From positions 32,949 through 96,948 of the forward strand of contig JAZDLW010000019.1 in assembly GCA_043801595.1 (NCBI GenBank): a stretch of DNA of 64,000 bases, written 5' to 3'. The position numbers and the translations under genes were made by a program. This document shows positions 17,750 to 26,132 of this stretch, one piece after another; the stretch's first letter is position 1, and each line of letters starts with the position of its first letter. This DNA is from Candidatus Aenigmatarchaeota archaeon. GTDB taxonomy: Archaea; Aenigmatarchaeota; Aenigmatarchaeia; JACPZZ01. The notes beneath the pieces are model-generated. The model was not told the origin of the DNA, made no database searches, and was given only the letters and a program-made list of their open reading frames with translations.

Positions 17750-17778
17750 GCCTTTTCTTTTAAAAAAGAAAAGCCTTA
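17747..17778 (+). repeat. Hairpin-repeat module (class 2)
   Basis: TAAGCCTTTTCTTTT|AAA|AAAGAAAAGCCTTA, with a 10-bp perfect core CTTTTCTTTT/AAAAGAAAAG. The TAA stop of the upstream ORF forms the first 3 nt. Confidence 0.7.
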
Positions 17779-17857
17779 ATGGAAAAGAAAAACAACCACA
17801 AGGGTCGGCGAACATATATAATTGTTGAGCCACTAAGATTTGATTTACGTGTCTAAA

Positions 17858-18805
17858 ATGGAAGAGAAAAATAAGGAAACGGTCGAAAAGGAAAAACCGG
17901 CAGAAGCCGAAAAGGCGGTAGAAAACGTTGTCGAAACCGCCCCGGTCGAAGCGCCGATCGCAGAGGCGATTACGCCGGCCGCTCCTACAGTCGAGATAAC
18001 GCCGGAAGACGTTAAAGCGTTCATGCCGTCACTTGAAAACTGGAAACCAAAAACAAAGCTCGGAAAAGAGGTCATGGAAGGCAAGCAGGATAACATTTAT
18101 AAAATTCTTGAAAACGGCGTCAAGATCAAGGAATTTCAGATTGTCGACAAGCTTGTACCAGATCTGGGAAATGAAATAATCTATATCGGCGGTTCTCCGG
18201 GAAAAGGCGGTGGCAGTCAGAGAACCATCACGAAAAAAACCGCCAGAATGCATAAATCAGGGCGCAGATTCAGACTTTCGTCGCTCGTTGTTGTCGGTAA
18301 CGGCAACGGAATAGTCGGCATCGGACAAGGCACGGGAAAGGAACACAGGAATGCCATTGAGAAGGCAGTTGAACATGCGAAACTTAATCTTGTTACCATT
18401 CGCAGGGGTTGCGGTTCATGGCAGTGTGCGTGCGGACAGGCCCATTCGTTTGCAACAAAGGCAGTCGGACGTTCAGGATCAGTAACAGTTGAATTCCGGC
18501 CTGCACCAAGAGGAACAGGGCTTGTAACAAGCGATGATTTGAAGAAAGTCCTGAAGTCGGTTGGGATAAAAGATGCATGGTGCCGGACAAGCGGAAACAC
18601 CGCGTCAAGGACGAATCTAATAAAAGCAGGGTTCAATGCGCTGAAAAGCATGAACAATATGAAAACCGTTTCAAATGACCTTTTTTTAAAAGGTCAATCA
18701 AAAGAGAATGAAAAAGTTCAATCAAATAAACTTTCTTCGGAAGAAAGTTTAATCAAAGAAGCTTTGGAAAAAGGTAAATCAAATAAGCCTTTGGAAAAGG
18801 CTTAA
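17858..18805 (+). CDS. rps5: Ribosomal protein S5 (uS5) with N- and C-terminal extensions
   Basis: The core runs from KPKTKLGKEV through VVVGNGNGIVGIGQGTGKE, VTVEFRPAPRGTGLV and ASRTNLIKAGFNAL. About 65 aa of E/K/A/P-rich N-terminal extension and about 45 aa of C-terminal tail are extra. The tail is encoded by the repeat array at 18677-18805. Confidence 0.88.
   Translation: MEEKNKETVEKEKPAEAEKAVENVVETAPVEAPIAEAITPAAPTVEITPEDVKAFMPSLENWKPKTKLGKEVMEGKQDNIYKILENGVKIKEFQIVDKLVPDLGNEIIYIGGSPGKGGGSQRTITKKTARMHKSGRRFRLSSLVVVGNGNGIVGIGQGTGKEHRNAIEKAVEHAKLNLVTIRRGCGSWQCACGQAHSFATKAVGRSGSVTVEFRPAPRGTGLVTSDDLKKVLKSVGIKDAWCRTSGNTASRTNLIKAGFNALKSMNNMKTVSNDLFLKGQSKENEKVQSNKLSSEESLIKEALEKGKSNKPLEKA
18677..18805 (+). 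repeat. Tandem hairpin-repeat array lying inside the 3' end of the S5 reading frame
   Basis: GACCTTTT|TTT|AAAAGGTC is at 18677-18695. TAAACTTTCTT|CGG|AAGAAAGTTTA is at 18727-18751. TAAGCCTTT|GGA|AAAGGCTTA is at 18784-18804. The units are joined by four AATCAAA linkers and an AAAAGAGAATGAAAAAG block identical to 5754-5770. Confidence 0.8.
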
Positions 18806-18821
18806 GCGAAAAGTGATAAAA

Positions 18822-19166
18822 ATGTACATTGCAATAAGATTGCGCGGACATGCGGGGACAAACCAAGACATTGACGAGACTATGGATTTTCTCGGGCTAA
18901 AGGCGCCTAATAATTGTGTTGTGGTCGAAGAAAACGCGGTCATGAAAGGAATGCTGCACAAGGCAAAGGATTACATTGCGTGGGGAGAGGCCGACGAAAA
19001 GACAGTGGAGCAGTTGCGTGCGATTGCCAAGGACAAAGACGGAAAAATAATTATCAGGTTCAGCCCGCCTTCAAAGGGGTTCAAGAACCTCAAGGAGCAT
19101 TACCCGAAAGGCGCGCTGGGATATTACGGGAAAAAAATAAACGATTTTGTGCAGATCTTCATCTAA
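18822..19166 (+). CDS. rpl30: Ribosomal protein L30 (uL30)
   Basis: YIAIRLRGHAGTNQDIDETMDFLGLKAPNNCVVV matches the uL30 pattern (R..G........TL..L.L.....V). The position between S5 and L15 is the expected one. Confidence 0.85.
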   Translation: MYIAIRLRGHAGTNQDIDETMDFLGLKAPNNCVVVEENAVMKGMLHKAKDYIAWGEADEKTVEQLRAIAKDKDGKIIIRFSPPSKGFKNLKEHYPKGALGYYGKKINDFVQIFI

Positions 19167-19189
19167 CGCAAAAGAGAATGGTGTGGAAA

Positions 19190-19582
19190 ATGGCAAGAAA
19201 AGAAAAAAAGAACAAAAAGTTCAGAGGGCTCCATACACACGGTCACGGGAACAAGAAAAAGTGGAGAGGCGGCGGGTCGCGCGGCGGGCGCGGTTTTGCC
19301 GGAAAATACCATCATAAAAAAACGTGGGCGATCAGATGGGGAGAGGTCAATGTCAAAAAGGGATTCACATCAATAGGGCGTGAAACAAAGAAAACCATAA
19401 ACGTCGGCGATATAGAGGATGTTGCAAACGGCAAAAATTCCGTCAATTTATCAGAGCTGGGTTACGGCAAGGTGCTCGGATCCGGAAAGATAACAAAGGC
19501 GGTTAAAGTCGAGGCGCCGCAATTTTCGAAGTCCGCAAAAGAAAAGATAGAAAAGGCTGGCGGCCAGGCAATAGAAGCCTAG
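19190..19582 (+). CDS. rpl15: Ribosomal protein L15 (uL15)
   Basis: MARKEKKNKKFRGLHTHGHGNKKKWRGGGSRGGRGFAG has the G/R-rich uL15 N-terminus. The track ORF start at 18914 overlaps L30 and is not credible. Confidence 0.88.
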   Translation: MARKEKKNKKFRGLHTHGHGNKKKWRGGGSRGGRGFAGKYHHKKTWAIRWGEVNVKKGFTSIGRETKKTINVGDIEDVANGKNSVNLSELGYGKVLGSGKITKAVKVEAPQFSKSAKEKIEKAGGQAIEA

Positions 19583-19605
19583 TTAATGGAAAAAGCTTAA
19601 TCAAA

Positions 19606-19632
19606 CAAACTTTTAAGAAAAGTTTGATCAAA
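19606..19632 (+). repeat. Hairpin-repeat module (class 2)
   Basis: CAAACTTTT|AAG|AAAAGTTTG is at 19606-19626 and runs into TTTGATCAAA at 19623-19632. It is preceded by AAAAGCTTAATCAAAC. Confidence 0.75.
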
Positions 19633-19667
19633 AAAGCGAAGGCTGGTAACAATGACGAGGTATTACG

Positions 19668-21224
19668 ATGATTTTGGAGCCGCTATTTAATTTTCTGCCT
19701 TCGATAAAAAAGCCTGTTGAAAAGCAGACGCTTAAAAAAAGATTGAAGTGGACAGGCATAATGCTTCTTCTTTATTTTGCAATGTCCCAGGTCACGGTTT
19801 ACGGCGTTTCAGAAACGGCGTTGCAAAGGTTTGCGTTTCTTGAACTGATTTTAGGATCCAGGTTCGGATCTTTGATGACGCTGGGAATAGGGCCTATCGT
19901 AACCGCGTCTATAATATTGCAGCTGATGGTCGGTTCAAAGATAATAAACTGGGACCTCTCAAAACGCGAGCAGAAATTGAAGTTCGAAGGCACGCAGAAG
20001 ATCCTTGCAATTGTAATTACAGTGGTCGAGGCTGCGGCATACGTATCGTTTGGCGCGGTTCCGCCCATACCCGGTGCTTCTGCGTTGCTGGTTGCATTTC
20101 TCATATTACAGTTGTCTCTGGGCGGCTGGCTGGTCATACTCATGGACGAAATAGTAACGAAATGGGGTTTTGGATCAGGCATAAGCCTGTTTATCGCAGC
20201 GGGAGTTTCGAGCCAGATAATAATACGAATGGTAAATCCACTCGCCGCATGCGTCGATAACCCGTTAAAAGTCTGCATTCCCGATGCCACGAACGCGCCC
20301 GCAGGATTGATACCGAATGCGCTGCTGGGTTTATTTTCCGGCAACTTCGCAGATGCAATCGTCAATCTTATACCGATAATATCAACCGTGATAGTTTTCA
20401 TGATCGTAATCTACGCGCAGGCGATACGCGTTGAGATACCGCTGGCTTTCGGATATTTCCGCGGGTTCGGAAGAAGCTGGCCGCTGAAATTCATTTACAC
20501 GAGCAATATACCTGTAATCTTAACAGCAGCGCTGATCGCAAACGTGCAAGTTATGGGCGCGCTGCTCGCAGCGAAGGGATTTCCGATACTCGGCACGTTC
20601 GACGCGTCCAATACACCACAAAGCGGCATTTCGTTGATGTTTTCCGTGCCGCGTGAACTGCCGGTACAGACAATGATGCTTACAATCGGGATAGCGGTCG
20701 TTATCGGGTCTTTGATTTCGGTTTACTATATCAAAAAATACCTTGGCGAGATAATGGTCTTGTCAGGGTTGCTAGGGATAATCATATGGTTCTTCGGATT
20801 CCAGGCCTTGGGATTTTCCGCAGCCACAGCTTTGACAGCGCAGAGCGTTGCGAGGCTGATCGCGTACACGCTGTTCCTGTCATTGGGGTCAATTATGTTT
20901 TCGATATTCTGGGTGAACACTGCCGGAATGGACGCCGGAAGCGTTTCAAAGCAGATACAGTCAATAGGAATGCAGATACCCGGATTCAGGCGCGATCCGC
21001 GAATAATAGAATCCGTGCTTGAGAAATACATACCAAACCTTGCAGTGCTCGGCGGTGCGTTCGTAGGTATTCTAGCCGCGTTCGCAGACTCTGTAAACGC
21101 GCTTGGAACAGGGACGGGAATACTTTTAACAGTAATGATAATATACAACATGTACGAACAGCTGGGCATGCAGCAAATGGAAGAGCTGCATCCGGCTGTG
21201 CGAAAATTGTTCGGAAAGGAGTGA
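19668..21224 (+). CDS. secY: Preprotein translocase subunit SecY
   Basis: 518 aa with about 10 TM segments. The conserved LGIGPIVTASIILQL plug/TM2 region is present. The position after L15 is the expected one. Confidence 0.92.
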   Translation: MILEPLFNFLPSIKKPVEKQTLKKRLKWTGIMLLLYFAMSQVTVYGVSETALQRFAFLELILGSRFGSLMTLGIGPIVTASIILQLMVGSKIINWDLSKREQKLKFEGTQKILAIVITVVEAAAYVSFGAVPPIPGASALLVAFLILQLSLGGWLVILMDEIVTKWGFGSGISLFIAAGVSSQIIIRMVNPLAACVDNPLKVCIPDATNAPAGLIPNALLGLFSGNFADAIVNLIPIISTVIVFMIVIYAQAIRVEIPLAFGYFRGFGRSWPLKFIYTSNIPVILTAALIANVQVMGALLAAKGFPILGTFDASNTPQSGISLMFSVPRELPVQTMMLTIGIAVVIGSLISVYYIKKYLGEIMVLSGLLGIIIWFFGFQALGFSAATALTAQSVARLIAYTLFLSLGSIMFSIFWVNTAGMDAGSVSKQIQSIGMQIPGFRRDPRIIESVLEKYIPNLAVLGGAFVGILAAFADSVNALGTGTGILLTVMIIYNMYEQLGMQQMEELHPAVRKLFGKE

Positions 21225-21228
21225 TCGA

Positions 21229-21813
21229 ATGTCTTTGGTAATTGTTGCAGGGGCGCCGGGCGTGGGAAAAACAACCGTCCAGAATGTCGCATTGGAACAA
21301 TTGCAGCAAACGAAACCGATCAAGGTCGCGATGTTCGGCGATTATATGTTTTCGATAGCAGAGAAGGAAAAACTTGTAAAAAACAGGGACGAGATGCGAA
21401 CGAAAATACCGCGCGAAAAGTACAAGGACCTGCAGGCGAAAGCCGCGGAACAGATAGCGGCGGATGCGAAAAGCCGGAATGTGATCGTAAACACGCATCT
21501 TTCAATGATAACGGCTTTCGGGATAATTCCCGGGCTGCCGTTGAACATATTGAAGATGCTTGATCCGAAACTGATAGTGATTGTCGAAGCGGATCCGGAG
21601 GAGATAGCGATTCGCCAGAAGACGGACAAGGAACGGGAACGCTCCGACTTCGGAGACGCGGGAAAGCTGCGCGAGTTCCAGAATTATTCGAGATCGTGCG
21701 CTGCGGCATATTCGGTCATACAAAACGTGCCTGTAAAGATAATAATGAACAGACATGGAAAGATCCGCGAGGCGGCAGGCGAACTGACAGAAGTGTTGCG
21801 CAATGTTTTCTGA
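21229..21813 (+). CDS. adkA: Adenylate kinase, archaeal type
   Basis: Has the P-loop VAGAPGVGKTTV. The ~194-aa length and position after secY fit AdkA. Confidence 0.85.
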   Translation: MSLVIVAGAPGVGKTTVQNVALEQLQQTKPIKVAMFGDYMFSIAEKEKLVKNRDEMRTKIPREKYKDLQAKAAEQIAADAKSRNVIVNTHLSMITAFGIIPGLPLNILKMLDPKLIVIVEADPEEIAIRQKTDKERERSDFGDAGKLREFQNYSRSCAAAYSVIQNVPVKIIMNRHGKIREAAGELTEVLRNVF

Positions 21814-22267
21814 TCTGCTAAACGCGATATTCGCGCCATTGTTATCGCAAGGCCTTTTCATAGGAGTGACAATCATATCCGTGCTCGCATCATCGATTAC
21901 TACGTTGTTCTACAGATTTTTTGTTGACCAGACGACGATGAAGGACGTAAGAAAGAACATGGAGCTGTACCGCGAGCTTGCAAATGCCGCGCAAAAGGAA
22001 AATAATGTCGGGAAAATGAACGAGAATGTGGATAAAATGATGAAGCTGAACAAACAATATTTTTCGTTGTCAACGAAGCCGATGATATTGTCTTTGCTTG
22101 TGTTTGCGGTGATATTTCCGTGGATGGGACAGACTTTTTTGAATGTTGTGGTTAATTTACCGTTCACGCTGCCGTTTATCGGCAATACGACCGGCTGGTT
22201 CGGCTGGTATTTTTTGCTGGCGATCCCGTCGAGCATAGTGATGCGTAAACTCTTGGACCTCGAATAA
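21803..22267 (+). CDS. DUF106-family membrane protein (archaeal YidC/EMC3-like insertase)
   Basis: Three hydrophobic segments flank a charged coiled stretch (KDVRKNMELYRELANAAQKENN..KMMKLNKQ). The position after adk is conserved in archaea. Confidence 0.65.
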   Translation: MFSDLLNAIFAPLLSQGLFIGVTIISVLASSITTLFYRFFVDQTTMKDVRKNMELYRELANAAQKENNVGKMNENVDKMMKLNKQYFSLSTKPMILSLLVFAVIFPWMGQTFLNVVVNLPFTLPFIGNTTGWFGWYFLLAIPSSIVMRKLLDLE

Positions 22268-22321
22268 ACCGGCAATTTCTTGCTTAAAAACTTCTTAGTC
22301 CAATCAGTTTCAGGAACGACC

Positions 22322-23272
22322 ATGATAACGAAAGAAGACGCGAAAACGAACGACAGGTACGGGACGTATCCAGAAAAAAGAACCATAGCCCAGCTTATGG
22401 ATTACGGCGTGATAAACCTGGATAAACCGCAGGGACCGACCAGCCACCAAGCGGTTGCATGGTTGCGCGACATTCTTGGAACAAGGAAAATCTCGCACAC
22501 AGGTACGATCGATCCGATGGTAAGCGGGGTTCTTGTTGTTTTGTTAAACGAGTCGCCGAAAGCGACAGAAGTTATCGGGCACGAAGAGAAGGAGTATATC
22601 GCGCTTATGCACGTGCACCAGCAGTTTCCGAAAAACATTATTGAAAATTCGGTCAAAAAATTCGTTGGAAAGATAACACAGCTTCCTCCGCTGCGATCAG
22701 CGGTTGCGCGTCGCGAGAGGGTGCGCGAAATAAAGGAAATAGAACTGCTTGAAATAAACGGTAAAGATGTTTTATTCCGCGTCCGCTGCGAGGCAGGCAC
22801 GTACATACGACGATTGATCGACGACATAGGAAAAGATTTGAAGTCGAAAGCGCACATGGCAGAGCTGCGAAGAATACGGGCGGGCGTGTTCGAAGAGAAA
22901 GATTCTTTCACAATGCACAATGCCAAGGACGCATGGGACGCTTACAAGGAGAACGGCGATGAAAGCAGGCTGCGAAAAATAATAATGCCGCTTGAAAAAG
23001 TTTTGGATGTTGTTGGCGTGAAAAAAATAATTGTAAAGGATTCGGCTGTCAATAAGATATGCAACGGAGCGGCTGTCGGCGTTAACGGCATAGCGAAACT
23101 CAGCGATAACATCGGAAAAGGCGAAACTGTTGTCATACTAACGCTAAAGGGCGAGATAGTCGCTGTTGCAGCAGCGTTGATGGACTCGAAGGCGATAACA
23201 AAAGCAAACCGCGGGATTGCGGCGAATACGGACCGCGTGTTAATGAAACTAAATACGTATCCCTATTTGTAA
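22322..23272 (+). CDS. cbf5: tRNA/rRNA pseudouridine synthase Cbf5 (H/ACA RNP catalytic subunit)
   Basis: Contains the TruB catalytic motif GVINLDKPQGPTSHQ...HTGTIDPMVSGVLVV and a C-terminal PUA-like domain (VKDSAVNKICNGAAV). The start is at the first ATG; the track begins at a TTG. Confidence 0.9.
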   Translation: MITKEDAKTNDRYGTYPEKRTIAQLMDYGVINLDKPQGPTSHQAVAWLRDILGTRKISHTGTIDPMVSGVLVVLLNESPKATEVIGHEEKEYIALMHVHQQFPKNIIENSVKKFVGKITQLPPLRSAVARRERVREIKEIELLEINGKDVLFRVRCEAGTYIRRLIDDIGKDLKSKAHMAELRRIRAGVFEEKDSFTMHNAKDAWDAYKENGDESRLRKIIMPLEKVLDVVGVKKIIVKDSAVNKICNGAAVGVNGIAKLSDNIGKGETVVILTLKGEIVAVAAALMDSKAITKANRGIAANTDRVLMKLNTYPYL

Positions 23273-23286
23273 CCGGAAAAAATCGC

Positions 23287-24255
23287 TCAGCGTCCGGGTA
23301 TCGGCTTCACAAACATATGTTCTTCCCAGTGAACTGTTTCGGTGTAGCCTGCTGACGGAAGCACCTTTTTACGGATATATTCGTCAAGCTCTACCGTTGT
23401 CTTTTCTTTCAATGTTCTGTAACTCCTTTCTATTTCCGCAAAAGCGCTTCCGGTCTCCCTTCTCAGAATTGCGAGATGGGTGTTGAGGCGGGCTGCGCAA
23501 TATCCGACTTTGTCTGAACCGGTTTCTTCGTGCATCCCGCGCATGCAATCGGTTATGACCGAAGCCGTTATTTCCGCGCGCTTGTCGCGGTGATGCTCTC
23601 TTCTGTAACTTCTTGTGCCCTCCTCGAATTTTCTTAGCGCTTCGTAATAGTCTTTCATGCCATTGATAATCTTTCCTGTCAGGAAGCTAAGATAATCCGG
23701 TTGCAGTTCAAAAGTGATCGGTGTCAGGTCGATTGTCACGTTTTTGTTAGACTCTGACTCGCTTGGTCCCAGTGGCGTGACTTTCTTTTGCTTGTATAGG
23801 ACGCCTCCCATGACCTCCGCTACTTCTGAATTTGTTTTTTGCAGGCCTTTTCCTTCAAATACATTGTTTGGCAGCAAAACGAAAACATGCTGCATAAGGC
23901 GGGTGTTGTAACCTTCAGTGTCGTCCAGAGGAGAAAGTATCGACCGCCAGTATTCCGAGGGCGGTTGCGACAAAATCAGGCTAGATATTCTGTCCCTGAT
24001 TTCATCAGGCGCACACGCGTTCTTTGTCAATATTTGTTTCTGTTTCTGGCTGTGGAAAGTCCTTACCCTTTCTTCTACAGCGGTTTTTTCAATACTTTCG
24101 ATTATCTGCGAACCGTAGGATGTTGCTATGTCCATTGCCAGCTGTTTCGTTTTTCCAGGGTCCTGTTCCGATTCGCGGAGCGTCAGGCGGAGGTCTTCTA
24201 CCGAGAACATGGCATCGTTGTTGATTTGTTGCATTTCTTCCCAGCTGTTCATCAT
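23287..24255 (-). CDS. Hypothetical protein (orphan, 322 aa)
   Basis: A long uninterrupted ORF with no recognisable motif and a soluble composition. It is divergent from 24333-25130. Confidence 0.5.
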   Translation of the reverse strand: MMNSWEEMQQINNDAMFSVEDLRLTLRESEQDPGKTKQLAMDIATSYGSQIIESIEKTAVEERVRTFHSQKQKQILTKNACAPDEIRDRISSLILSQPPSEYWRSILSPLDDTEGYNTRLMQHVFVLLPNNVFEGKGLQKTNSEVAEVMGGVLYKQKKVTPLGPSESESNKNVTIDLTPITFELQPDYLSFLTGKIINGMKDYYEALRKFEEGTRSYRREHHRDKRAEITASVITDCMRGMHEETGSDKVGYCAARLNTHLAILRRETGSAFAEIERSYRTLKEKTTVELDEYIRKKVLPSAGYTETVHWEEHMFVKPIPGR

Positions 24256-24332
24256 GACAAATCATTATCAGGTAAGTTTTAAATTACCATGAGAATGAAA
24301 GGTTTTAATCCCTTGCACGTCAGAAAAATCTT

Positions 24333-25130
24333 ATGAAAAACGGATGGAAAATCTACGTGTTTGAGCACGATCCTTATTCTTCCGAACTGGCAGAATCGCT
24401 GCAACTGGTATTCGGGCTGGAGAGGAGAAGCGTAAATGTAACGTACGGGGACAACAGGAAACAAATTATAAATAAAGTGAAAAAAGCCATCAACGGGGAT
24501 CATGAAAGGATTCTCACTGTCCTTGGTCACGGATACGCACACAAAATGACCTACGGCCTCTGCAAGCACGTCGCCGACAGTCGAAGCGACGGTTATGTCT
24601 ACTACCATTTCGACCAGCACGGCGACATCGGTCACATATGGACGCGCATCACCCACGGCGGCTTCGTAGCCAGATTGTTCAATGATACGAAAGCGCAGGA
24701 TGTTGTATTTTCCGATGAACCCGATTTCAACAGCCGCGCGCTTGCCAGGGGTTTGGACGTGGACGATACCGGGGCGTCGTTGATGACAAATAAGAACGTT
24801 CCTGACGCATATTGTTCGTTCGATCTGGATTGCATGCGTTACGAGGAAATAAAAACCGGCTGGCCGGGAGGAACGATGCATTCGATCGCATTGCTCAACG
24901 AAGTGGAAAATATCAAAACGAAGAAGGACATAATCTCAGCCGATGTCCTTGGCTATTCCGGCGAAAGGGATGCCAAAAGTCACGTGATGTATGCGGTGCT
25001 CATGGAGACGCTCATCGGAGGCGGACGCGTCGATGAATTCAAGTCGCTACACGAAATCGCAAAGAATGGGCGGATCGACTATCAAGACATGCTCAAAGAA
25101 TTCAAGTCAATCGGAAGTTGCGGACGCTGA
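24333..25130 (+). CDS. Hypothetical protein, possibly a divergent ureohydrolase (arginase/agmatinase) fold
   Basis: Candidate metal-ligand motifs occur in arginase-family order: LGHGYAH, HFDQHGD (D-x-H-x-D) and CSFDLDC (S-x-D-x-D). Similarity is otherwise weak. Confidence 0.35.
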   Translation: MKNGWKIYVFEHDPYSSELAESLQLVFGLERRSVNVTYGDNRKQIINKVKKAINGDHERILTVLGHGYAHKMTYGLCKHVADSRSDGYVYYHFDQHGDIGHIWTRITHGGFVARLFNDTKAQDVVFSDEPDFNSRALARGLDVDDTGASLMTNKNVPDAYCSFDLDCMRYEEIKTGWPGGTMHSIALLNEVENIKTKKDIISADVLGYSGERDAKSHVMYAVLMETLIGGGRVDEFKSLHEIAKNGRIDYQDMLKEFKSIGSCGR

Positions 25131-25140
25131 TAACGCATAC

Positions 25141-25163
25141 TAAAAAGAATAGCGCCGAGGAAG
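25141..25163. repeat. Distal direct repeat of the tRNA 3' end (att-like)
   Basis: TAAAAAGAATAGCGCCGAGGAAG matches TAAAAAGATTAGCGCCGAGGAAG at 27275-27297 in 22 of 23 positions. Confidence 0.8.
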
Positions 25164-25224
25164 CGATATACCTCGAAGTGTTCACATCCTGCCCTTGTTT
25201 TATCTTATTAGGACTTTCTATAGT

Positions 25225-25668
25225 TTACGTTGCATGCACAGCATAATTCGATGGCGCATACGAATCGTATAATTTCCAAATGTCGCCAATCTTTTGCATT
25301 CTAAAGGTGTTTGCGGGATCAAGATATGTTTTATTATTTTCTGTTTTTATCACATCCGCGGTAATAGTAGCATCGGTCTGATTGTTATACTCTACTTTGG
25401 TGATGTTTAGATCCATCCCCATTTTGGAGCATGCATCCGGTTGCGGTTTAGTTTCTACACAGAATTTTCTAACAACATCCCAATATTGGATACCCAGATA
25501 ATCTCCGGATTTTTCAAAATCACCAGATTTCCAAAGGGAAAGAAGTGCTCTAAGGTCGTTTTCCGGCGTATGTGAGAAATATGTGTTAAAAATAAGCCAA
25601 GCCATAGCAACGAACAGAACAATACTTACAATTCGCTTTTTATTAGGAGTTATTTTCAGTGTTTTCAT
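25225..25668 (-). CDS. Membrane-anchored hypothetical protein
   Basis: MKTLKITPNKKRIVSIVLFVAMAWLIFNTYF is a signal anchor, followed by a ~115-aa soluble domain. The start is at the internal ATG at 25668; the track ORF extends to 25743. Confidence 0.45.
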   Translation of the reverse strand: MKTLKITPNKKRIVSIVLFVAMAWLIFNTYFSHTPENDLRALLSLWKSGDFEKSGDYLGIQYWDVVRKFCVETKPQPDACSKMGMDLNITKVEYNNQTDATITADVIKTENNKTYLDPANTFRMQKIGDIWKLYDSYAPSNYAVHAT

Positions 25669-25750
25669 TCTCTCACTTGATGTATGTCCATGCCCATCCT
25701 TCCGGCCTCCAAACCTTAAACCCAAAGGATGGGATATGGACAATTTGACT

Positions 25751-25764
25751 TAGCGCCGAGGAAG
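25751..25764. repeat. Internal direct repeat of the tRNA 3' end (att-like)
   Basis: TAGCGCCGAGGAAG is identical to 25150-25163 and 27284-27297. Confidence 0.7.
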
Positions 25765-25952
25765 AACGACCCGGTTTATCAGGGTCATACAGCCTTCCGC
25801 ACGAAACTATGATGAGCTTTCATGTTATTGGGGTCGCTGGAAAATAAAGGCGACGGTAAAGCTCCCTTTTTGGCTGCATCTTGCCTAGTTTGCGGGTAAA
25901 GGCACCGAAATCTATAAAAACTATAACTGCTATAACACCTATAGGTGATATA

Positions 25953-26132
25953 GTGACCAACACTACAATAGCAGTGAGGAAAGAGACGAAAGAGCTGTTG
26001 AAGCACTTCGGCGGCAAAGGCGACACGTACGATGACGTTATCCAGAAGATGTCAGCGACATACGAAGAGTTTGTAAACACTCAATACAACCGTTTGACGG
26101 AAAAACATAAGTTCAAGAAGATGGACCTATGA
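25953..26132 (+). CDS. Putative antitoxin (ribbon-helix-helix-like) of the RelE pair
   Basis: TTIAVRKETKELLKHFGGKGDTYDDVIQKM resembles small archaeal antitoxins. There is a 4-nt ATGA overlap with the toxin gene. A GTG start at 25953 follows a TCTATAAAAACTATAA TATA-like element at about 25909-25924. The track ORF begins at a TTG at 25881. Confidence 0.55.
   Translation: MTNTTIAVRKETKELLKHFGGKGDTYDDVIQKMSATYEEFVNTQYNRLTEKHKFKKMDL

Noticed and set aside
18914-19189. N-terminal 92 aa of the track ORF 18914-19582
   Set aside because: This part overlaps the L30 gene in another frame. The uL15 similarity begins at MARKEKKNKK (the ATG at 19190).
24279-24881. 200-aa minus-strand ORF
   Set aside because: It is fully antisense to the 24333-25130 ORF, which has the more protein-like composition and the candidate metal-binding motifs. 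The antisense frame is Arg/Val/Phe-rich, as is typical of shadow ORFs.
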